64,000 nt of DNA. Source: Bdellovibrionota bacterium (lineage in GTDB: Bacteria; Bdellovibrionota_C; UBA2361; JBIKWN01). Under the pieces are notes generated by a model. The model saw only the letters and a program-made list of their open reading frames with translations, was not told the DNA's origin and made no database searches. Shown piece after piece: positions 40,673 to 52,809 of this stretch (the first letter of the stretch is position 1; every line of letters starts with the position of its first letter). The translations under genes were made by a program, and so were the position numbers. The DNA lies in contig JBIKWN010000001.1 of the NCBI GenBank assembly GCA_044356295.1, positions 61,434 through 125,433 on the forward strand. Direction: 5' to 3'.

Positions 40673-41377
40673 TTAATGCTCTTCTGCTCCGTGGTCAACG
40701 GCGAGAAAGATATAGACCATGGTGAGTGTTGTAAAGACAAACGCCTGCATAAAACAAACAAAAGTCCCCAATCCGTAAAAAATGACTGGAACAACGTACT
40801 TCGTAAGCTCTGTAAAAACACCTAATACAATGTGATCAGCTGTAATATTCCAGTACAAACGAAGATTTAGTGTTAGTACTCTTAACACAGCTGAGAGTAC
40901 TTCAAGTGGGAACAAAAGGGGAGCAAGCCACCAAACAGGTCCTGCAAAGTGCTTCAAGTAGTTAACAAGCCCTTGTTCACGGATTCCGTAGAAATTAAAC
41001 GAGATAAATACAATCAGCGCTATCGCAACGTTAATTGAAACCGTTGTCGTAGGAGAGACCATACCAGGTATCAACCCGATAAGATTCATTAAAAGAATTG
41101 TAAAAAATACTGAAACACTTAAAGAAACATATTTCCTATTTTGAGGACCAGCAACACTGTCATGGAACTTAATAAAGATCTCAAGGACATAATCAAACAC
41201 AGTCGTTAATGATGCTTTTTTTGGAGTGATAAATTCTTTTCTTTTCTCAGCAGAATTAATCTTTGAAGCAGCTACAACACCTGCACCAGCAATCAATAAC
41301 ATGATCGATCCAGCAACAAGATGCTTTTGCGTCTCAGTATCAGTCGTTATGGCTTGTAAAAATGTATATCCTGACAC
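40673..41377 (-). CDS. atpB: F0F1 ATP synthase subunit a
   Basis: Polytopic, with the 'LRVLTLNLRLYWNITADHIV' region carrying the conserved Arg of subunit a. 234 aa. It is directly upstream of atpE. Confidence 0.75.
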   Translation of the reverse strand: MSGYTFLQAITTDTETQKHLVAGSIMLLIAGAGVVAASKINSAEKRKEFITPKKASLTTVFDYVLEIFIKFHDSVAGPQNRKYVSLSVSVFFTILLMNLIGLIPGMVSPTTTVSINVAIALIVFISFNFYGIREQGLVNYLKHFAGPVWWLAPLLFPLEVLSAVLRVLTLNLRLYWNITADHIVLGVFTELTKYVVPVIFYGLGTFVCFMQAFVFTTLTMVYIFLAVDHGAEEH

Positions 41378-41564
41378 GTAAATTGTCCTTCAGCTTTTAG
41401 CTTTCGGGTTGTAAATTACCTAATTTCTGCAATTCGATCAAATAAGGGTAATCTTTTTTACTTTCAACCACTTAAAGTAAAAAAGAAATAGTGGTTTTGA
41501 TTCTTAGATTTAACAAAGATTTTTTTTTAATTTGTTCTTTTCATCAAAAAGTTCTTGAAAATAT

Positions 41565-41592
41565 TTTTTCTAAAGTTATACAGTAGCACCTT
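41565..41592 (+). promoter_or_regulatory. Candidate sigma-70 promoter for dnaA (TTGAAA, 16 nt spacer, TATACA)
   Basis: Hexamers read directly, 16 bp upstream of the dnaA ORF. Not validated. Confidence 0.25.
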
Positions 41593-41607
41593 CGCACTTT
41601 TTGGTAC

Positions 41608-43071
41608 TTGCATTATCGTATGACTTCTACTTTTTTCCCAGAATCACTAAATCCTTCTGCAGAAGTCCTCCATACTGATATTACTACTCAAAATACTTAC
41701 TCTGCTTGGAATAAAGCTCTCTCTGAGCTTAAGGTCTCTGTTAGTGGTCCTGTCTTTGATGCGTATCTTGGTGCTTTAAAGTTTGGATCTTTTGATCCGA
41801 ATAACTCAACGATAACAGTTGCAGCACCTTCTTTGCTTGTTAAAACACAGGTAGAGGAAAAATACAGAGAAGCACTTGAATCTCAGCTCCGCCAAATCAC
41901 TGAAATTACAACTCTTAGGCTCTCTCTAGAGATAGATGCAAACCCAGAAGTTATTAAGCCTCAGCCTTTTATAATTATTAAGCGTCCCGAGGAGTCTCAA
42001 AATAAATCTGGTGTAACCAACCAGCAAGCTCTTGCTTCACTTGAGCCAAACAATATTAATCCAAAATATACATTTGAAAGTTTCGTAGTAGGAAATAGCA
42101 ATCAGTTTTGCCACGCTGCTGCACTTCAAGTAGCTGAAAAGCCGGGTGTTTCATATAATCCGCTTTTTATTTACGGAGGTGTAGGACTAGGAAAAACGCA
42201 CCTTTTACACGCAATTGGAAACAAAATTTTATCTGAGCGTCCTTCTGCTAAAGTTTTGTATCTTTCAAGTGAAGCTTTCACCAATGAGCTAATCCTTGCT
42301 CTTCGTCACTCAAAAATGGACGAGTTTAAAACTAAGATGCGCGCAATTGAGGTTCTTCTGATTGATGACATTCAATTCATGGTTGGAAAAGAGCGTACCC
42401 AAGAAGAGTTCTTTCATACTTTTAATGCTCTCTACAGTGCCAGACATCAGATTGTAATCTCATCAGATAAAATTCCATCGGATATTCCTCAAATCGAAGA
42501 GCGTCTCTACACTAGATTTTCCTGGGGACTTATAGCCGACATTCAATCTCCTGATTTTGAAACAAGGGTTGCTATACTTAATAGAAAAGCCCACAACGAA
42601 AATTTTGAACTTCCTCAAGGTGTTGCTCACCTTATCGCTGATAAGGTTTCTAGTAATGTTCGTGAGCTAGAAGGAGCTCTTACAAGACTTCATGCAGTTA
42701 GCTCTCTTCAAAAAATCGAGATCTCAGAAGATCTTGCTGTTAATTGTTTGAAACATCTTTTTGCTCCAAAAAAAGTAAATATATCTGTTGATGATATTAA
42801 AAAAGCTGTTGGAGTTCATTTCTCTCTGAAAGTCTCTGAGATCATCTCAAAGCGTCGTACAAAAAATCTTTCTTTCCCCAGGCATATTGCAATGTATCTT
42901 TGCAGGAAACATACTACGTGCTCTTATCCTGAGATTGGTTCTCACTTTGGAGGGCGTGATCATTCCAGTGTGATTCATGCAGCAAGTGTTGTAAGTGCTA
43001 AACTGAAAAGTGACCCAGAGGTAAGAAAACAGGTTGGTGAGATTGAGAAAGCTCTTTTAAATACAAATTAA
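41608..43071 (+). CDS. dnaA: Chromosomal replication initiator protein DnaA
   Basis: AAA+ Walker A 'GGVGLGKTHLLHAIG', 'LLIDDIQF', and the C-terminal DNA-binding domain 'HSSVIHA'. It is followed by dnaN, recF and gyrB. Confidence 0.95.
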   Translation: MHYRMTSTFFPESLNPSAEVLHTDITTQNTYSAWNKALSELKVSVSGPVFDAYLGALKFGSFDPNNSTITVAAPSLLVKTQVEEKYREALESQLRQITEITTLRLSLEIDANPEVIKPQPFIIIKRPEESQNKSGVTNQQALASLEPNNINPKYTFESFVVGNSNQFCHAAALQVAEKPGVSYNPLFIYGGVGLGKTHLLHAIGNKILSERPSAKVLYLSSEAFTNELILALRHSKMDEFKTKMRAIEVLLIDDIQFMVGKERTQEEFFHTFNALYSARHQIVISSDKIPSDIPQIEERLYTRFSWGLIADIQSPDFETRVAILNRKAHNENFELPQGVAHLIADKVSSNVRELEGALTRLHAVSSLQKIEISEDLAVNCLKHLFAPKKVNISVDDIKKAVGVHFSLKVSEIISKRRTKNLSFPRHIAMYLCRKHTTCSYPEIGSHFGGRDHSSVIHAASVVSAKLKSDPEVRKQVGEIEKALLNTN

Positions 43072-43445
43072 GAGTTATCAACACCCTTAGTAAAAGTGAC
43101 ATAACTAGTTAAATTTACTATTTAAAATCCGGTAAATACTGTTGATAAGCTCTTGGAGTTTTCAACAATTGCTCTCACTTTCCGGTAATTATCTCTGTAC
43201 CGACAAAACTTTCGAAATTACATAGTATTGTTCACACAGGTTTTCAACACTATAAGATTAGTAATTTCAAGTGGTTATCAGACTTATAAACATTAATTCC
43301 TTTGCCTATTACTACTACTAGTATTTATATATAAAGATCTTAGTACATTAGGACTTTATTTTTTTCTTAAAAGTTTTCTTTAATAGTTTTTCTTTCTTTC
43401 AAAAGTTTTGCTTTAATAGCCTTAAAATAAAATCATTACATACCT
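43072..43445. promoter_or_regulatory. Candidate oriC: an AT-rich dnaA-dnaN intergenic region with DnaA-box-like 9-mers and direct repeats
   Basis: TTATCAACA at 43075-43083 and, as its reverse complement, at 43141-43149. Degenerate TTTTCAACA/TTGTTCACA copies lie between them. An AT-rich tract at 43300-43440 contains a direct repeat 'AAAGTTTT(C/G)(C/T)TTTAATAG' occurring twice, about 30 bp apart. Confidence 0.5.
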
Positions 43446-44609
43446 ATGAAGTTCACTCTCAGTAACACTGATCTTTTCAAAGCATTAAATCTAATCGGAA
43501 ATATTGTTGAAAAAAAAGCAACAATGCCTATTTTGGCAAACGTTTTAATTTCTGCAGAAGAAGGCAAAGTTTTCTTTTCAGGATCAGAGCTTGATATCAC
43601 TGCGCAAACTCAAGTTCCTGCAAAAGTAAAACAAAGAGGAAGTACAACAGTAAACGCAAAGATGTTCTTAGAGGTCGTACGTGAGCTTCCAGAAGGAGAT
43701 GTTGAGCTTACCCTAACACCAGGTGAGAGATTAGAAATAAAAGCAAGGAATTCGAATTTGACGCTCGTAGGGGTAAGTGCACAAGAGTACCCAAGTCTTG
43801 CAGGATTAAGTTTAACTCCGAAGGATTCAATATCATCATCTGTTCTACTAGAAATGATTGAATCAACCCTCTATGCAGTTTCAACAGATGAGACAAGATT
43901 TAACTTAGGAGGAGTTTGTTTTGAATCAGTTCAAACAGGAGACACAGTTTCAGGTCCAAAAATTGTTAGAGGAAAAAAAGATTCTAAAACAAGTACGCTC
44001 CGACTTGTTTCAACTGATGGCCACCGACTTGCATTAATTACTCGAGAAGTAGAGGGACTATCTTTTTCAGGAAGAGTAATAGCACCAAGAAAAGGACTAC
44101 AAGAACTTAAAAAAGTTCTCGAGGATAACAAAGATACAAATATTCTATTCGGAATATCAGAAGGATTTCTTGTTGTAGAATCTCCAACATCAAAACTTAC
44201 CATGCGCCTCATTGACGGAGAATTTCCAGATTACACTCGAGCACTTCCAGAAAAAGAAGGAACAAGAATTACTGTTGATTCTAAAGAACTATCGTCAGCT
44301 TTAAGAAGAGTTGCCCTCTTAGTTTCAGATAAACAAAAATGTGTAAAATTTGATATTCAAAAAGATATGCTTCACATGTCTAGCTCTTCACCTGAGTTAG
44401 GAGAAGCGTTTGTATCACTTCCAATAGAACATAAAGGAAACCCTTTTGTCGTCGGTTTTGATTCAAGATTTATCCGTGATATTAGCGATAATATTGGGGA
44501 ATCTAAGGGTTTTGTTATGGAACTAAATGGAGAAACAGGCCCTGGAAAATTCTATGTGCAAGGTGATGAATCTTCTTTTGGCGTTGTAATGCCAATGAGA
44601 ATTGTTTAG
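43446..44609 (+). CDS. dnaN: DNA polymerase III beta sliding clamp
   Basis: 'MKFTLSNTDLFKALNLIGNIVEKKATMPILANVLI', 387 aa. Confidence 0.95.
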   Translation: MKFTLSNTDLFKALNLIGNIVEKKATMPILANVLISAEEGKVFFSGSELDITAQTQVPAKVKQRGSTTVNAKMFLEVVRELPEGDVELTLTPGERLEIKARNSNLTLVGVSAQEYPSLAGLSLTPKDSISSSVLLEMIESTLYAVSTDETRFNLGGVCFESVQTGDTVSGPKIVRGKKDSKTSTLRLVSTDGHRLALITREVEGLSFSGRVIAPRKGLQELKKVLEDNKDTNILFGISEGFLVVESPTSKLTMRLIDGEFPDYTRALPEKEGTRITVDSKELSSALRRVALLVSDKQKCVKFDIQKDMLHMSSSSPELGEAFVSLPIEHKGNPFVVGFDSRFIRDISDNIGESKGFVMELNGETGPGKFYVQGDESSFGVVMPMRIV

Positions 44610-44626
44610 AAAAAAATAGCACGAGA

Positions 44627-45712
44627 GTGATTCTTTCAGAAATTTCACTTTTTCAATTTAGAAACTCTTGTGACTCCTCTGTTCAATTTTCACCGAAGCT
44701 AAATATCGTTGTTGGAAAAAACGGACAGGGAAAAACAAACCTTGTTGAAGCAATTCACCTTCTATCTACTTCAAAATCGTTTCGCACTTCTCGAACAAGA
44801 GAATTAATTGCGTGGGGACAAAAAGAAGCATCTGTTTTTGGAAACCTCATTACGAGAGCAGGAGATATTCGACTTGGAGTCATACTTTCTTCCGCTTCTA
44901 AAATGTTAATGATTAATGGCACAGCTGAAAAAGCAACTCAATTCATTAGTACTTTTGTAAGCATTACATTTAGCCCTGCAGATATTGAAATCATTAAAGG
45001 TGAAGCAGCAGTTAGAAGACAGTTTTTAGATAAACATTTAGCAGATATTTTTCCTCAATCAATACCGAACCTTTTAAACTATGTAAGAGCTCAAAAAAAT
45101 AAAGTGGCGCTTCTTAAAAGCGGAGCAACTCCCGAAAGTATTCGTCCATGGAACGAGATAATGGCTGTTCATGGATTTGAGATAGATAACTATCGCCGGA
45201 AAGTAATCAGTGAACTTTCAAACAGAGCAGCAATTCATCACCAAAAATTTGCTCATGCAGATGGAGAACTCACCTTAACATTAGAAAGAAAAAGTGATGG
45301 ACTGTTCGAAAAGGTTGACGATTTTAGAGAGCTTTTTGAAAAAAATATTGAAAAAGAAATTTCCAGCGAGCGCTCCTTAGTGGGACCTCACCGTGATGAT
45401 ATTGAATTTTTATATAATGGAATCTCTGCAAGAAAATTTGGCTCCCAAGGACAATCAAAATCAATAGCGATTGCGCTTAAACTTGGACTTATCGATTTAA
45501 TAAATGAACATCGAAAAGAACCACCGGTGGTCATTCTTGATGATGTTGACTCTGAGCTTGATGAGAATCGGCTTGAAAAACTCTATCAACTTCTCTTAAG
45601 CGGAGAGTATCAAGTTTTTATTACTGGAACCTCTGAAAATAGGGCTTTGGAGGCTGCCCCAGAGAGCTGCAAACGATTTCAGATTGATCAAGGAAAAATT
45701 ACTGAAAAATAG
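44627..45712 (+). CDS. recF: DNA replication/repair protein RecF
   Basis: Walker A 'GKNGQGKTNLVEAI', SMC-like signature, 361 aa. Confidence 0.9.
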   Translation: MILSEISLFQFRNSCDSSVQFSPKLNIVVGKNGQGKTNLVEAIHLLSTSKSFRTSRTRELIAWGQKEASVFGNLITRAGDIRLGVILSSASKMLMINGTAEKATQFISTFVSITFSPADIEIIKGEAAVRRQFLDKHLADIFPQSIPNLLNYVRAQKNKVALLKSGATPESIRPWNEIMAVHGFEIDNYRRKVISELSNRAAIHHQKFAHADGELTLTLERKSDGLFEKVDDFRELFEKNIEKEISSERSLVGPHRDDIEFLYNGISARKFGSQGQSKSIAIALKLGLIDLINEHRKEPPVVILDDVDSELDENRLEKLYQLLLSGEYQVFITGTSENRALEAAPESCKRFQIDQGKITEK

Positions 45713-45801
45713 TAATCAACTTATTGAAAAGACAAGATTTTCAGAAAGAAAGACGCTTTTTTAAAAGAGCAAAAAAAGCTATAATCGGTCGATTTATTTA
45801 A

Positions 45802-48270
<2,469 letters not shown>

Positions 48271-48612
48271 CAGTTTTGATTAAATTATTAACAACTTCAG
48301 GCAGTTTGGAGTGTTTTAATTCAGCATAAAGTTATAGTTTCTGTGACCCATTTAATTTTTTTATCATCTGTGGCAATATTGGGCTTATGGCATCACTAGC
48401 GAAAAAGACAAAAAAGAAAAGACAACTTAGAGACGATAAAATTCTTAAAAATCGTTTAAAGAATAGTAATAAGAAAAATCAAAGTAAGAAGTAATTCTTT
48501 ACTTAACTTTGAATATAAGTAACTAAGTCGTAGCACTGAGCGCAATGTTTGGGGTGGTACTCCCTTATGAACGTTTTAAAAAGCGTTGCGTTAGGGTGTA
48601 TTTAAATTGAAA

Positions 48613-50034
48613 TTATCCCTTCTTTGCAGCACCTCTTTTTTTTGTAGTCCAACCTTTTATCTCTTTTTGTTCAGCGCGAGTTACTGCAAGGGATCCTTCG
48701 CTTACATCTTTTGTGATAACAGAGCCTGCGCCAATGGTTGTATCTGATTCAATCGTAACAGGGGCTACCAGGCTTGAATTACTTCCGATAAAAACTCTTT
48801 CACCTATAATTGTTTTTGATTTTTTAATACCATCATAATTACAGGTAATCGTTCCAGCGCCTACGTTAGTATCCTTGCCAATAGTTGTGTCACCGATATA
48901 GCTTAAATGATTTACCTTTACCCCTGTTTCAAGAATTGATTTTTTTGTTTCAACGAAATTACCAATTCGCACATCTTTCCGAAGCACAGTTTCAGGACGA
49001 ATGTTAGCAAAAGGTCCAACACTTACTGATTCTTCAAGAATACTTCCTTCAATCCTACTTCCTAGTTTTAGCGTGCAGTTATCACCAATGATACTGTCGA
49101 TAATTAATGCAGTCCCTTCAATAGTGACGTTTGAACCAATTTTCGTGTTTCCTTTAATTTGAATATTTGAACCAAGCTTTGACCTGGTTCCAACGGTAAC
49201 TGATGGTTCTATATAAACTGAAGAGGGATCTAAGCAGGTTACACCTTCAGCGATAAGTTTTTTCAGATGTTCATTCATAATTATTCTGTTTACGATTTGT
49301 AGATCTAAAAGATTATTAACTCCCATAACGTGATCAAACGTTGGAGCTATATACCCAAAAATAGTTTGATGAGCTGCTGATGCAAGCTCAACCAAGTCGG
49401 TTAGATAGTATTCATTCTGAGAGTTATTGCTGCCTATCTTGTAGATCAGATCATTTAAAAGATTTTTTGAAATAAGATAAATTCCAGAGTTAACCTCTTG
49501 GATTTTCTTCTCAAGATCCGAGCAATCTTTTACTTCAACAATTTTACTAATATTTGATGTACTGTCTCTTACGATTCGGCCAAATGAGTTTTCCTTTGGT
49601 TCATTGACTGTAATCAAAGAAAGCGAAGCATTTTGAGACTTGTGAGAGATTAAAAAGTTCTTAAGGAGTGAAGCTTCAAGAAGTGGCGTATCACCGTATA
49701 AGATTAAAACATCTGAATTTTGGGGAATTGATTGAAATGATGCTTCATCAGCCACTACTTTCACAGCATGACCTGTACCGAGCTGTTCTGATTGATGAAC
49801 AAAATGAAGTTTTTTTAGATGAGGCTCAAATACTGTTTTTACGTGCTTTTCTACAAACTCTTTTTTGTAACCTGTAACAATAAATATGCTGTCAGGGTTA
49901 AGATCTAATGCGTGTCGAAGAACGACATCTATCATAGCCCCTGCAACAGTTTCACAAAGGACTTTCGGAAGCTCGGTCTTCATCCGAGTGCCTTTTCCGG
50001 CAGCTAAAATGATAATAGCAAGATTAGAACACAT
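48613..50034 (-). CDS. glmU: Bifunctional UDP-N-acetylglucosamine pyrophosphorylase / GlcN-1-P acetyltransferase
   Basis: N-terminal 'LAIIILAAGKGTRMKTELPKVL' and C-terminal left-handed beta-helix hexapeptide repeats. 473 aa. Confidence 0.9.
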   Translation of the reverse strand: MCSNLAIIILAAGKGTRMKTELPKVLCETVAGAMIDVVLRHALDLNPDSIFIVTGYKKEFVEKHVKTVFEPHLKKLHFVHQSEQLGTGHAVKVVADEASFQSIPQNSDVLILYGDTPLLEASLLKNFLISHKSQNASLSLITVNEPKENSFGRIVRDSTSNISKIVEVKDCSDLEKKIQEVNSGIYLISKNLLNDLIYKIGSNNSQNEYYLTDLVELASAAHQTIFGYIAPTFDHVMGVNNLLDLQIVNRIIMNEHLKKLIAEGVTCLDPSSVYIEPSVTVGTRSKLGSNIQIKGNTKIGSNVTIEGTALIIDSIIGDNCTLKLGSRIEGSILEESVSVGPFANIRPETVLRKDVRIGNFVETKKSILETGVKVNHLSYIGDTTIGKDTNVGAGTITCNYDGIKKSKTIIGERVFIGSNSSLVAPVTIESDTTIGAGSVITKDVSEGSLAVTRAEQKEIKGWTTKKRGAAKKG

Positions 50035-50243
50035 ATCTGAAATATAATAATCTTACTTATGCATTTTCGCTACGTTATCTGAAGTATTTCAAAACAAATA
50101 AATAAGCAATTTAGGCATCGAATTTGTCAGGCACTTACAGCCGACGTTAACTACAAAAAACAATGCACAATTGTTACAGGTGCTCATCGATACTGAGATC
50201 AATTAGAGCAATTAGCTTCCTTAATAGCACTTGCAATGACATT

Positions 50244-51203
50244 CTAGCCTCTAAGAGCTTCATAGCCAATATGTAGTGCAGTATATGTCGTATTAAGTGC
50301 AGGAGTTGAAATTCCCATGCGAGCTGCAATTTTTACAATTGTGCCATGAAGTGCTTCCAATTCAGTCGGGTTACCTCTATCGATATCGACTGCCATTGAT
50401 GATTTTGAATTTACCCCAACTGTTTTGTATGCAATTGCTTTATCCATTGCCGCTTTTTTTTCTGAGTCGCCTAGTGGTATTTTCATTGCGTTTGCAACGG
50501 CAATTGTTTCATCTAAAAGGTCTTCAAAACATTGTATTCCAATAGGATCGTTAACAATTTCACCGACCGGGCGTCTTGTTAATGCTGTAACTCCGGCAAA
50601 CGCTAAAATCCATGCGTATTTTGTCCAAAGATCTTTCTCAATTGTATCACTTAGGAAGGTATCAAGGCCTGCATCTTTCATTACCAGGACAAGGGGGCTA
50701 AGAAGTTCCGCCTCTCTTGAATCACGCGTTCCAACGATAAATTTTCTTGGGCCGGCTGTTTGAGTAATAAATCCGCCTTCATTTTTAGCTGTAATGATAT
50801 ACGCAATTCCTGGAAAAACATCGGCATTAGGAAACTTGTTTTTTATACGAAGATCATTATCGATCCCATTTTGAAATGTAACGACCTTTGCCGTACTCAT
50901 CAGAGATGAAGGCAAACGCTCTGCAAAACCGACGATGTCGTATGCTTTTGTTGTGACCAGAATGTAATCAACATCAGCTAACTCTGAAACCGAAGAAACT
51001 GCCTTTACCTTTGGAAGGATTATTTTTCTTTCGACTGTCTGAACAACTAGACCTGATGTCCTCAATGTTTCAAAATTACTACGTGCAACAAACGTAATAT
51101 CAAGTCCCGCCTCTGCAAGATGTGCCCCTAGAAATCCACCAACTCCACCAACCCCAACCACTGCAAATCGAAGATTATTTTTCTCAATTTTGGTTTGAAC
51201 CAT
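50244..51203 (-). CDS. panE: 2-dehydropantoate 2-reductase
   Basis: 'FAVVGVGGVGGFLGAHLAEAGLDITFVAR' Rossmann motif, 319 aa, ApbA/PanE family. Confidence 0.7.
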   Translation of the reverse strand: MVQTKIEKNNLRFAVVGVGGVGGFLGAHLAEAGLDITFVARSNFETLRTSGLVVQTVERKIILPKVKAVSSVSELADVDYILVTTKAYDIVGFAERLPSSLMSTAKVVTFQNGIDNDLRIKNKFPNADVFPGIAYIITAKNEGGFITQTAGPRKFIVGTRDSREAELLSPLVLVMKDAGLDTFLSDTIEKDLWTKYAWILAFAGVTALTRRPVGEIVNDPIGIQCFEDLLDETIAVANAMKIPLGDSEKKAAMDKAIAYKTVGVNSKSSMAVDIDRGNPTELEALHGTIVKIAARMGISTPALNTTYTALHIGYEALRG

Positions 51204-51295
51204 ATAGGGACTATATTTAGTTTAAAACTCCTAATCAAAGAATATTGTTAACTTTGGAAGGGAGGTGTGTATCAAACCTGGAAGATTACCAGTAT

Positions 51296-51483
51296 TCATC
51301 GATTAAATGTTTTTTTTACAAGCTCTTCAACAAGATCGTTTTTATAACCGGTAACAATAAAAAAAGGGTACTGTTAGGACTGAGCCCTAAAGCGTGTCCA
51401 ATAAGGACATCTATCATAGCCCCTGCAACAGTTTCACAAAGGACGTTAGGCAGCTAAAATAATAATAGAAAGGTTGGAACCCA
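51296..51483 (-). pseudogene. Degenerate partial copy of the glmU 5' end with its upstream leader (a non-coding remnant)
   Basis: A stretch of about 190 bp is colinear with 49845-50034, including a perfect 37-bp match ('CATCTATCATAGCCCCTGCAACAGTTTCACAAAGGAC'; 49927-49963 equals 51408-51444). Its flanks are roughly 75% identical. The leader motif 'TTTTCGCTACGT' is also duplicated (50063 and 51515). The remnant reading frame 'MGSNLSIIILAA*' is stopped by an internal deletion. Confidence 0.55.
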
Positions 51484-51542
51484 TGGGTAACTCATGATAA
51501 ACATAGTCTCGCTTTTTCGCTACGTAAACTAAGGTAATTTCT

Positions 51543-52772
51543 ATGGCAAAAATTAAGGTAAAAACTCCAGTTGTTGAACTAGATGGAGATGAGATGACAC
51601 GAGTCATCTGGGCTAAGATTAAAAATGAGCTGATTCTTCCTTACCTTGATATTGATCTGAAGTATTTTGACCTCTCAATTCAGCACCGCGATGAAACTTC
51701 AGATAAGGTAACTGTGGAATCAGCAGAAGCGATAAAAAAATACGGAGTTGGGATAAAATGTGCCACGATTACTCCGGATGAAGACCGGGTTAAAGAATTT
51801 TCACTTAAAAAAATGTGGAAATCACCAAATGGAACTATCAGAAATATTATTGGTGGAACTGTTTTTCGTGAACCAATTATCTGTCAAAACGTACCAAGAC
51901 TTGTTTCTGGTTGGAAAGAGCCAGTAGTAATTGGGCGTCACGCATTCGGTGATCAATACCGTGCAACTGATTTCTTAGTTCCTGGAAAGGGTAAGCTTAC
52001 TATGAAGTTTACTCCAGCTGATGGATCTGCTCCTATTGAACACGAAATATATTCTTTTGAAGAATCTGGTATGGCAATGGGGATGTTTAATGTTGATTCC
52101 TCAATTATTGGTTTTGCACGAAGCTGTTTAAATTATGGTTTACTCAAAAAATGGCCAGTATACCTTTCAACTAAGAATACAATTCTTAAAGCATACGATG
52201 GTCGGTTTAAGGATCTGTTCCAGAAAGTTTACGAAGAAGAATTTAAGGCAAAGTTTGATGCTGCAGGAATCTGGTATCAGCACCGTTTAATTGATGACAT
52301 GGTTGCATACTGCATGAAGAGTAGTGGTGGTTTTGTTTGGGCATGTAAAAATTATGATGGTGATGTTCAATCTGATTCGGTGGCACAAGGATACGGATCT
52401 CTTGGTTTGATGACATCTGTTCTTCTTACAGAAGACGGAAATACTGTAGAAACTGAGGCAGCACACGGAACAGTAACAAGGCATTTTAGACAGCATCAGC
52501 AAGGAAAAGAGACTTCTACGAATCCTATTGCTTCAATATTTGCTTGGACAAAGGGGCTTGAATACCGAGCTCGATTTGATAATACTCCGGATGTTGCAGA
52601 GTTTGCAGCTGCGCTTGAAAAGGCGTGTATTGCAACTGTTGAAAGTGGAACTATGACTAAGGATCTAGCGCTTTGTGTCCATGGGGAAAGTGTTGATAGA
52701 TCTCAGTATGTGACTACGGACTGGTTTATGAGTGCTATAGGTCAGAATCTTAGTAGTATTCTAAAAAAATAA
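51543..52772 (+). CDS. icd: NADP-dependent isocitrate dehydrogenase (homodimeric subfamily II, eukaryote-like type)
   Basis: '[23 protein letters not shown]', about 409 aa, matching IDH1/IDH2-type enzymes rather than the E. coli-type. Confidence 0.85.
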   Translation: MAKIKVKTPVVELDGDEMTRVIWAKIKNELILPYLDIDLKYFDLSIQHRDETSDKVTVESAEAIKKYGVGIKCATITPDEDRVKEFSLKKMWKSPNGTIRNIIGGTVFREPIICQNVPRLVSGWKEPVVIGRHAFGDQYRATDFLVPGKGKLTMKFTPADGSAPIEHEIYSFEESGMAMGMFNVDSSIIGFARSCLNYGLLKKWPVYLSTKNTILKAYDGRFKDLFQKVYEEEFKAKFDAAGIWYQHRLIDDMVAYCMKSSGGFVWACKNYDGDVQSDSVAQGYGSLGLMTSVLLTEDGNTVETEAAHGTVTRHFRQHQQGKETSTNPIASIFAWTKGLEYRARFDNTPDVAEFAAALEKACIATVESGTMTKDLALCVHGESVDRSQYVTTDWFMSAIGQNLSSILKK

Positions 52773-52809
52773 ATAATAATCTCACTTGGAAGTTCAACAG
52801 GATTTAAAT

